Shown piece after piece: positions 44,191-51,398 of a DNA stretch of 64,000 nt (the stretch's first letter is position 1; every line of letters starts with the position of its first letter). The notes beneath the pieces were generated by a model that had not been told where the DNA came from, ran no database searches, and saw only the letters and a program-made list of their open reading frames with translations. The stretch is taken from the NCBI GenBank assembly GCA_034421995.1, contig DAOUJY010000077.1, positions 840-64,839 on the forward strand, written 5' to 3'. The position numbers and the translations under genes were made by a program. This DNA comes from Dehalococcoidia bacterium (GTDB lineage Bacteria > Chloroflexota > Dehalococcoidia > Lucifugimonadales > UBA3495).

Positions 44191-44609
44191 AACGCACTCC
44201 GTATCAATTCGATTTCAGACATTCTTTGTTCAGCCGCGCTTCGGCTAATCGCACCGCTGGCGTTATAGCGTAGTGCTGGCGTCCATCCTCTTACGTTGTT
44301 CCATTCGGTTGACAGTTGCGACAACACGTAGGCTTCACGCCCGGAATAAAGCAACAGCATATTCAGATCGTGTACGAACAGTGGGCGGAACATGGAAGCC
44401 CTGCTGCCGGAATCCTCGAAGCCCTCCCATCCCAGCGTATCACAGATGCAGGCTTTCAAAGCCGCCTCCAGCACGTAGCCGGACAGGTACATCACGGCGT
44501 CGTAACGACCTGCGGCCAGCAATGCCCGGCAGTCGGCAATCCGGTCGTCGGATACTTGCCGGAACTGCTCAGCCGTGATTACCGATGGCGGGCGCTTCGG
44601 AGGCGACAT
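44187..44609 (-). CDS. HEPN-domain protein with an Rx4H motif
   Basis: The helical 140-aa product contains LLAAGRYDAVMYLSGYVLEAALKACI and FRPLFVHDL (R-x4-H). It starts 9 nt after the SDR gene's stop. Confidence 0.6.
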   Translation of the reverse strand: MSPPKRPPSVITAEQFRQVSDDRIADCRALLAAGRYDAVMYLSGYVLEAALKACICDTLGWEGFEDSGSRASMFRPLFVHDLNMLLLYSGREAYVLSQLSTEWNNVRGWTPALRYNASGAISRSAAEQRMSEIELIRSAL

Positions 44610-44618
44610 GAATCCGGC

Positions 44619-45410
44619 CTACATCACCGAGCGCACCAGGCCGCCGTCCACCAGCATAGTCGTGCCGGTTATGTAGCTGGAGCGCGACGACGCCAGGAAG
44701 GCCACCAGGTAGGCCAGTTCCCGGGGCTCGCCGATGCGCTTCAGCGCGGTCTGCTCGGCCCGTTGGGCCAGCGCGTCCTCCACCGGAATGCCCTGGGTGC
44801 GCGCCCGGTCCTCCACGTTCTCCATCATGCGCTCCGACATGATGCTGCCGGGGCACACGTTGTTGATGAGAATGTTTTCGGACCCCAGGTCGTCGGCCAG
44901 GTTCTTCATGAAGCCGATGACGCCCATGCGGGTGGCCGCCGAGAGGGCCAGGTTGGGGATGGGCGTATAGACCGTGCTGGCCAGGATGTTGATGATGCGG
45001 CCGCCGCCCTGGGCGCGCAGGTGGGGCAACGCTTCCCGGGTCATGCGGGCGAAGAAGAACAGAGAACGGTTGGCCGACACCTGCCACAGCTCCTCGGTGG
45101 AGTCCTTGGCGTAAGCCTGGGGAGGGCCGCCGGAGTTGTTCACCATGATGTCGATCTGACCGAAATGCGCCGCGGCGCCGGCCACCAGCTCGGCGATAGT
45201 CTCCTCGTGGTCCAGGTCGCCGGCATAGGTGTAGATGTCGGCGCCGGTGGCGGCGCGGATCTCGTCGGCGGCCCGCTCCAGGTCGGACGGGGTGCGGGCG
45301 CACATGGCGACGCGCGCGCCTTCCTCCGCGAGCACTTCCGAGCACGCCCGCCCCAGTCCCCGGCTGGCGCCCCCTACAATCGCTACTTTGCCATTCAGTT
45401 CCAGATCCAT
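44619..45410 (-). CDS. SDR-family oxidoreductase (FabG-like)
   Basis: It has the motifs GKVAIVGGASRGLGRA and NNSGG. GAGGAGG lies upstream of ATG 45410. Confidence 0.9.
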   Translation of the reverse strand: MDLELNGKVAIVGGASRGLGRACSEVLAEEGARVAMCARTPSDLERAADEIRAATGADIYTYAGDLDHEETIAELVAGAAAHFGQIDIMVNNSGGPPQAYAKDSTEELWQVSANRSLFFFARMTREALPHLRAQGGGRIINILASTVYTPIPNLALSAATRMGVIGFMKNLADDLGSENILINNVCPGSIMSERMMENVEDRARTQGIPVEDALAQRAEQTALKRIGEPRELAYLVAFLASSRSSYITGTTMLVDGGLVRSVM

Positions 45411-45485
45411 TGCCCGGCCTCCTCAAATGCTGACGGCGATTATAACAGCCGACGCGCTGGCAAGAATCGTTTCGCCGCGACGACC

Positions 45486-45525
45486 GAATTCAACGCAAAG
45501 GCGCAAAGGCACAGAGACGCAAAGG
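45486..45525. repeat. Family C repeat (gaattcaacgcaaaggcgcaaaggcacagagacgcaaagg)
   Basis: It contains an internal gcaaagg triplication. A related copy lies at 43324-43354, and a partial match (gacgcaaagacg) at about 35136-35148. Confidence 0.7.
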
Positions 45526-45528
45526 TTT

Positions 45529-46488
45529 ATGGTGTACAATCCAGCCGTTATGAGTGTTGCTATTGACATCGTGGACGCCGTTGCCATTGAAACCGCCGCC
45601 GTGGAGTTTGCCCGAGGCGCCGGCGCGCTGTTGTCGCGGCATTTCGGCAACGTCATCAGCGTGGAGTACAAAGATAAGGCGCGGCAAGACCCGGTGACCG
45701 CCGCCGACAAGGAGACGCAAGCCTACCTGGAGGAACAGATCGCTCGACGGTTTCCCACTCATGGCATCCTCGGTGAGGAGGATGACGCCAGCGCCGACGG
45801 CGACAAACTTGCTGCCGACGTCCTCTGGGTGCTGGACCCGCTGGACGGCACCACCAACTTCATGAACGGCCTGCCGGTTTATGCGTCGTCCATCGGCGTG
45901 CTGCATCGCGGGCGTCCGCTGGTTGGGGCCGTGTATATACCCTGGCCCACCGAAACCTCCAGCGGGGTGGTGGTCCACGGACGGGCCGGCGGCGGAGCTT
46001 TTGCCGACAACGAGCCGGTATCGGTATATCAGACCGACAAGCCGCGCGGCGACCGGCTGATCGGTCTGCCCGGCTCCTTCGGAGCGTCAACCCGGGTGGG
46101 CAAGGGACTGAGGGGACAGCCACTGGGCCAGCCCCGCGTCACCGGCAGCATCGCCTACGAGCTGGCGATGACAGCCATGGGGGTGATGCAGTTCGCCATC
46201 ATCGGCGCGCCCCGGATGTGGGATATGCTGGGCGGCGCGCTGGCGGTGCAGGAGGCCGGCGGCACGGTGATGACCCGCCTTTCCGGTCGCAAGCAGTGGC
46301 ATACGATGGATTCTTTGGTGCCCACCTGGGACGAAAAGCCGCCCACGATGGCCGAGTTGCGGAAATGGGTCGCGCCACTGGTGGCGGCCAACCCCACGCT
46401 GGCGCCGCTGATTGCCCACAACCTGCACCAAAGGCGGCGTCCGATACGGCGGATGGTGCGCGGAGTCAAAAAGGCGCTGGGAAGGTGA
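45529..46488 (+). CDS. Inositol monophosphatase family protein
   Basis: Matching segments are HGILGEE, WVLDPLDGTTNF and WDMLGGALAVQEAGG. The start is ATG 45529 or 45550. The upstream part of the listed ORF translates a repeat. Confidence 0.85.
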   Translation: MVYNPAVMSVAIDIVDAVAIETAAVEFARGAGALLSRHFGNVISVEYKDKARQDPVTAADKETQAYLEEQIARRFPTHGILGEEDDASADGDKLAADVLWVLDPLDGTTNFMNGLPVYASSIGVLHRGRPLVGAVYIPWPTETSSGVVVHGRAGGGAFADNEPVSVYQTDKPRGDRLIGLPGSFGASTRVGKGLRGQPLGQPRVTGSIAYELAMTAMGVMQFAIIGAPRMWDMLGGALAVQEAGGTVMTRLSGRKQWHTMDSLVPTWDEKPPTMAELRKWVAPLVAANPTLAPLIAHNLHQRRRPIRRMVRGVKKALGR

Positions 46489-47153
46489 TGATGACAATGA
46501 CGACGAAATCTCCACCAGTTCGGCGGTTCACGCCGGCTGAATGCGAGGCCATGGTGGCCGCCGGCATCATCACCCGGCGCGAAGCGGATTCCCTGGCCGT
46601 GGGCCGCCGCTTCACCGTGTCAGAGTACTACGCTTTGGGTGAAGCCGGCATCCTGTGCGAGGACGAGCGCATTGAACTGCTGGACGGGGAGATAATCATA
46701 ATGCCGCCCATTGGAGACAACCACGAGTTTTCCACCGACGAACTTAATATGATGTTCGTCCCGCCGCTGGTGGGTCGAGCCCGGGTGCGAGTGCAGGGGA
46801 GCGTCGTGTTGAACGACAACAGTATGCCCCAGCCCGACATCGCCATCCTGGCCAACCGTCTCAACAACCGGGTGGCTCGTTACTATCCAAACGAAGTGTA
46901 CCTGGTGATCGAAGTGGCCGACAGCTCACTGTCCTATGACAGCGGCCGCAAGCTCGCCAGATACGCTTCCTCCGGCATTCCCGAGGTGTGGATCGTCAAC
47001 CTGAGAAACGGCCAGGTAGTGTCGTATGCGGACCCTTCAGGTCCGGCCTACGCCGCCGTCCGCACGTTCCGCCCCGGCGACAGCATCAGCCCACAGGCTT
47101 TCCCCGATATAGTTTTGGCAGTGGCCGATATCATCCCACCAGCCGCCGAATAA
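46488..47153 (+). CDS. Uma2-family nuclease-fold protein
   Basis: Matching segments are IELLDGEIIIMPPIGDNHE, PDIAIL, VYLVIEVADSS and GIPEVWIVN. Its ATG overlaps the IMPase TGA by 1 nt (TGATG). Confidence 0.8.
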   Translation: MMTMTTKSPPVRRFTPAECEAMVAAGIITRREADSLAVGRRFTVSEYYALGEAGILCEDERIELLDGEIIIMPPIGDNHEFSTDELNMMFVPPLVGRARVRVQGSVVLNDNSMPQPDIAILANRLNNRVARYYPNEVYLVIEVADSSLSYDSGRKLARYASSGIPEVWIVNLRNGQVVSYADPSGPAYAAVRTFRPGDSISPQAFPDIVLAVADIIPPAAE

Positions 47154-47190
47154 CGCTAACCGGCTATTGGTACGTGGGTTCCAGTCCCCG

Positions 47191-47769
47191 CTACCACGGC
47201 TCCGCAAAAATGTCGGCCACCGCGACGGCCAGGCCGGGGATGCGGTCGGTGGTGAGGGTATCGCCGATTTGGTACCGGGCCTCTGCGGTATATTCCCCGA
47301 TGCCGTCGTTGATGGCGGGTTCGGTGAGCGCCAGCACAGTCTCCCGCACCGGGTCCAGGATCCAGTATTCGGGAATGCCGTAGCGCGCGTAGAGTTCGCG
47401 CTTGATCGCCAGGTCCTGGGCAGAGTTGGAAGGCGACAGGATTTCTACCACCAGGTCGGGTATCCCCTCACACCCACGGGCGGTAATGATATGCCGCCGC
47501 TCTGCGCTAACGTACAGCAGGTCCGGTTCCACCGTGTTGGTTTCAGACAACATCAAGGCGAAGGGAGCGCGGTACAGTAATCCCAATCGGCGAGGCAGAA
47601 TGTAGGCGTCCATAGGAGCGCCCAGAAAAAGAGAAATCGTTTGGTGCCTGGTATTGGGGGCTGCCGCCATGTGGTACAACGCTCCGTCAATCAGTTCCCA
47701 CCGCTCGCCTTCGGGGGTGGCGGCGTAGTCGGCGTAGGTCAGCGTGCCTTTCGGCTTGGCGGTAACCAT
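47191..47769 (-). CDS. Uma2-family nuclease-fold protein
   Basis: Matching segments are ERWELIDGALYHMAAAPNTRHQ, EPDLLYV, PDLVVEILSPS and GIPEYWILDP. It starts 2 nt after the thrC stop. Confidence 0.8.
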   Translation of the reverse strand: MVTAKPKGTLTYADYAATPEGERWELIDGALYHMAAAPNTRHQTISLFLGAPMDAYILPRRLGLLYRAPFALMLSETNTVEPDLLYVSAERRHIITARGCEGIPDLVVEILSPSNSAQDLAIKRELYARYGIPEYWILDPVRETVLALTEPAINDGIGEYTAEARYQIGDTLTTDRIPGLAVAVADIFAEPW

Positions 47770-47771
47770 GG

Positions 47772-48962
47772 CTATGCCTCCTCCGGCCCCCGCAGCAGGT
47801 CCAGGTACTTGTAGCCGGAGCCGGTGTTGAGCAGGACCACCTCTTCGTCCGGGCCGATGCTGCCGTCGGCCAGCAGCCGCTCCAGGCCGACCAGGGTGGC
47901 CGCCCCCTCGGGACAGGCGATGATGCCCTCGGTTTCGGCCAGGGTGTACATGGCGGCGATCATCTCGTCGTCGCTGACGGCCAATGCGCCGCCGCCGGTC
48001 TCCCGGATGGCCTGCAAAATCAGATAGTCGGCGAAGGGGCCGGGGACGCGCAGCCCGTCGGCCTTGGTGGCGGCGTTGGGCCAGGGCTCGGCGGTGTCCG
48101 CGCCTTCGTGGAACGCCTTGACGATGGGCTGGCAGCCGTCGGCCTGCACCGCGTAGAAACGGGGTGGCTTGCCCTCGATCCAGCCCAGTTCCAGCAGTTC
48201 CTGGAAGCCCTTGTACATCCCGATGATGCCGGTGCCGCCGCCGGTGGGATACACGATGGCGTCGGGCATCCGCCAGCCCAGCTGATGGGCGATTTCCAGG
48301 CCCATGGTCTTCTTGCCCTCGGCGCGGCAGGGTTCTTTCAGGGTGGACAGGTCGAACAGGCCCTGCTCGGCGGCGACGCCCACGGCGATGCGTCCGGCGT
48401 CGCTGATGAGGCCGTCCACCAGGTTCAGCTCGGACCCGGCGACGATGGACTCCTTCTTGTTGGCGACCGGAGCGTCCTGGGGCATGAAGACCTTGACCGG
48501 CGTACCGGCGCGGGCGCAGTAGGCCGCGGCGGCGCCGGCCGCATTGCCGGCGGAGGGCATGGTGAACCCGGTGGCGCCCATCTCGACGGCTTTGGACACC
48601 GCGGCCGCGATACCCCGGGCCTTGAAGGTGCCCGTGGGGTTGAGACCCTCCTCCTTGATCAGCAGCCGGCGGATGCCCACCTGCCGGGCCAGGGTGGTGG
48701 CGTCCAGCAGTGGGGTGCCGCCCTCGCCCAGGGTGATAATCTGGTCCGGGTCGGTTACGGGCAGCAGTTCACGATACCGCCACATATTGGCCGGACGGCT
48801 GTCGAAGACCGATCGCTGCACCTCCCGGCGTAGGCGGGGCAGGTCATAGCGGACGAAAAGGACCTTGCCGCTGCCTGGGCTGACCGTGGCCAGCCCGTCA
48901 TAGGGGTACTCGTCGCCGCTGACGGTGCATTCCAGGTGGTCAATATAGCTGAAGGAGGGCAT
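47772..48962 (-). CDS. thrC: Threonine synthase (PLP fold type II)
   Basis: It carries the PLP-lysine motif NPTGTFKARG. The ~396-aa length and N-terminal domain fit ThrC. Confidence 0.7.
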   Translation of the reverse strand: MPSFSYIDHLECTVSGDEYPYDGLATVSPGSGKVLFVRYDLPRLRREVQRSVFDSRPANMWRYRELLPVTDPDQIITLGEGGTPLLDATTLARQVGIRRLLIKEEGLNPTGTFKARGIAAAVSKAVEMGATGFTMPSAGNAAGAAAAYCARAGTPVKVFMPQDAPVANKKESIVAGSELNLVDGLISDAGRIAVGVAAEQGLFDLSTLKEPCRAEGKKTMGLEIAHQLGWRMPDAIVYPTGGGTGIIGMYKGFQELLELGWIEGKPPRFYAVQADGCQPIVKAFHEGADTAEPWPNAATKADGLRVPGPFADYLILQAIRETGGGALAVSDDEMIAAMYTLAETEGIIACPEGAATLVGLERLLADGSIGPDEEVVLLNTGSGYKYLDLLRGPEEA

Positions 48963-48963
48963 C

Positions 48964-49842
48964 TCATCGCTCCGCGTCGTAGTAGGGTTGGGTCTGATCG
49001 AAAGGGACCACCGGGTTAGCGATGGCCGGACGGTTCAAGCCCAGCGCGTCGCGCACGATCTCGTGGGTGCGGACCAGGCGCACCGCCGAGGTGGGGTACT
49101 GCGGATTGTTGGGGTTGGGCACGTCGTGACGCTCGACGATGCCGTCATACAACCAGTCCTCCACCAGCCGCCGGCACTCGTACTCGTTCCAGGCAATTCC
49201 CCAGTCCAGCATCCACTGGTTGCACAGCATACTGTAGCCCACAAAGTTCATGCGGCCTTCCAGTTTGCTCATTTCGCGGATGAAAATGTGCAGCACGTCC
49301 TGCAGGGCCTCCTCCTTCTCCTCCGGCGTCGGCAGCGACACGTCCACGTCCCCGTGCTCGGCCAGTTGAATGCCCAGCTCTGCCTCCAGCGGGAACAGCG
49401 GGGCCACGGCCAGCATATCCCGCGCCACCGACTGGCTGAACGCGCAGAGGATGACCCGGCGGCCCATGCCCCGGGCGCGGTCAACCAGCACCTGGTAGTC
49501 GGAATCCCCCGAACCGAGGATGACCACGTGGCAGTCGTCCCGGTCGCGCAGCCAATCGTACACTTCCAGCAGGATCGATGGGTCGCTGCGGTCCTTGCCG
49601 GCCATGGTCCGAGGGGCGTGGTACAAGGTGAGGCCGGCCTGGGTGAAGGCAGTGCCGTCATCGGGGCGCAGGCTCCAGTCGCCGAAAGCCTTGCCGCCCA
49701 ATACATCCCCGAATACCTGCCCGACGTTAGACATTGCCTCAAATAACGCCTGCGGGGAGACACTCTTCTGATATAACTGCGCTCCCCGGCGAATGTTTTC
49801 CCAGTCAATGGCGATTAACACTCCGTTGGCTGCTTCTTCCAA
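48964..49842 (-). CDS. NYN-domain (LabA-like) protein with a C-terminal helical extension
   Basis: Matching segments are LIAIDWENIRRGA and VVILGSGDSDYQVLVDRARGMGRRVILCAF. Its stop lies 1 nt before the thrC start. Confidence 0.7.
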   Translation of the reverse strand: MEEAANGVLIAIDWENIRRGAQLYQKSVSPQALFEAMSNVGQVFGDVLGGKAFGDWSLRPDDGTAFTQAGLTLYHAPRTMAGKDRSDPSILLEVYDWLRDRDDCHVVILGSGDSDYQVLVDRARGMGRRVILCAFSQSVARDMLAVAPLFPLEAELGIQLAEHGDVDVSLPTPEEKEEALQDVLHIFIREMSKLEGRMNFVGYSMLCNQWMLDWGIAWNEYECRRLVEDWLYDGIVERHDVPNPNNPQYPTSAVRLVRTHEIVRDALGLNRPAIANPVVPFDQTQPYYDAER

Positions 49843-49902
49843 TTGAACACCTCCGTGATAGTAGTGATGGCTATATTCCGCTGGGCCGACACGCGCTGAT
49901 GT

Positions 49903-50390
49903 TCAAGCAGTCGGCCGCTCCGGCCAGAACAGTTCGTAGATCCGTTCCGACAATTGCTCAGACAACTGCAAACCGTCGGCCACTTCGTTTGTGGATTTTT
50001 CATCCTCGTAGAAATGGAGTGCAAAGCGCGAGCTGTATCGAATGCGATGTTCAGCCACGCCGCGGTGGCAATATCGCCCTGGCCGCGCGCCAGTTCAGAC
50101 AGTTCGCGCATTATCAGGAGAAACGAACGATGGGCGTGAATAAAGCCGCCGTGGTGGGCACTGACGGCTTTGATGGTCTCTGCAACCATCCCCCAGCCCT
50201 TGTTGGATGCTTGTGGCAAACTATCAGGATCGTTTTCGCCCAGATGACGCCACGCGCTAACGCGGAGAGCCTCCCCCAAACGGGCATAGTCCTCGGGTTG
50301 CTTGCCGGCGTCGCCCGGCTGCGCGCGGTCCCGCGCCGCGCCAAGCCCCCGGGCAACGGCGGCGGCTACTGCATTTCGGTCATAAGTCAT
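49903..50390 (-). pseudogene. PaREP1/HEPN-like helical protein gene with an apparent -1 nt frameshift near 50014-50017
   Basis: The upstream frame reads ..QASNKGWGMVAETIKAVSAHHGG..AAWLNIAFDTARALHS, then becomes low-complexity. A one-base shift restores FYEDEKSTNEVADGLQLSEQLSERIYELFWPERPTA, ending at stop 49903-49905. This recreates the LH.NFYE motif. Confidence 0.55.
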
Positions 50391-50457
50391 CAGTGAAACC
50401 GCGAAAATGGTACGAGCGCATTATAGCCTATACCAGCCAACTGCATCGCGGTGATCA

Positions 50458-50466
50458 TGCTATAAT
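50458..50466 (+). promoter_or_regulatory. Candidate extended -10 element (TGcTATAAT) upstream of the crotonase gene
   Basis: The element tgctataat at 50458-50466 lies 34 nt upstream of ATG 50500. I see no good -35 element. Confidence 0.3.
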
Positions 50467-50499
50467 TATTCGCCGTAGCCATAAGAGGAGGGCGCTTTT

Positions 50500-51324
50500 A
50501 TGCGCGAATACGAACTCATCCTGTATGAAGCCGATCCCGATAGCAACATTGCGCGGCTCACCCTGAACCGCCCTGATCGTCTCAACGCCATCAACGATCA
50601 GATGCAGGTGGAAATCGCCGACGCCGTGGCTCAGGCTGACGCCGACCCCGACGTGCGCGTGCTGATTATCACCGGCGCCGGCCGCGCCTTTTGCGCCGGC
50701 GGCGACATGAACCAGCTGGGCGGCTCCACCAACGGCAACGGCAGCGGGTGGACTTCCGGCAACGCCGACCAGGTTCGGCGCAGTTTCCGGCTGGCCCAGG
50801 ACATGATCCTCGGCGTACAGCGCTGCGAGAAGCCGGTCATCGCCATGGTCAACGGCGTCGCCACCGGCGCGGGGCTGGACTTGGCCTGCGCTTGCGACAT
50901 CCGCATCGGCACGCCCCGGTCGCGTTTCATGTCCGCCTACGTGCGCATCGGCCTGTTCCCCGGCTTTGGCGGCACCTGGCTTTACCCTCGCACCCTGGGC
51001 AGCCTGGGTCGGGCCGCTGAGATGCTGTTCACCGGAGAGTTCCTGGAAGCCGAGGAAGCGTACCGTCTGGGCTTTTTGAACCGCCTGGTGGACGAAGCAG
51101 ACCTGGAGGCCACCACGCTGGCAATGGCGGAGCGCATCGCCGCCGGGCCTCCCATCGCCATCCGCCTGTCCAAGATGATGTTGTACAAAGGACTGGAGTT
51201 CGACCTGGAAACGGCGATGAAGATGGCCGCCGCCGGGGAAACCATCACCCTGACCTCCCACGACCATGTGGAGGGAGTCGCGGCCTTCCGCGAAAAACGG
51301 ACCGCGGAGTACAGTGACCATTAG
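50500..51324 (+). CDS. Enoyl-CoA hydratase/isomerase (crotonase) family protein
   Basis: Matching segments are RLTLNRPDRLNAI, ITGAGRAFCAGGD and VNGVATGAGLDLA. GAGGAGGG lies upstream. Confidence 0.9.
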   Translation: MREYELILYEADPDSNIARLTLNRPDRLNAINDQMQVEIADAVAQADADPDVRVLIITGAGRAFCAGGDMNQLGGSTNGNGSGWTSGNADQVRRSFRLAQDMILGVQRCEKPVIAMVNGVATGAGLDLACACDIRIGTPRSRFMSAYVRIGLFPGFGGTWLYPRTLGSLGRAAEMLFTGEFLEAEEAYRLGFLNRLVDEADLEATTLAMAERIAAGPPIAIRLSKMMLYKGLEFDLETAMKMAAAGETITLTSHDHVEGVAAFREKRTAEYSDH

Positions 51325-51345
51325 CGGCCTCGCATCGGCGACGTT

Positions 51346-51373
51346 GTAGGGGCGAATAATTATTCGCCCCTAC
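51346..51373. repeat. Family B 28-bp perfect palindrome (identical to 35159-35186)
   Basis: The sequence gtaggggcgaataattattcgcccctac lies between convergent genes (crotonase and the VWA protein). Confidence 0.9.
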
Positions 51374-51398
51374 CGACAAACCGCCGGCAACGAGAATG

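Noticed and set aside
49815-49902. The 3' part of ORF 49815..50390 overlaps the start of the NYN gene.
   Set aside because: This stretch is Cys/Ser/Asn/Thr-rich with no motif. It is explained by a frameshift. The shifted frame terminates at 49903-49905, before the NYN gene.
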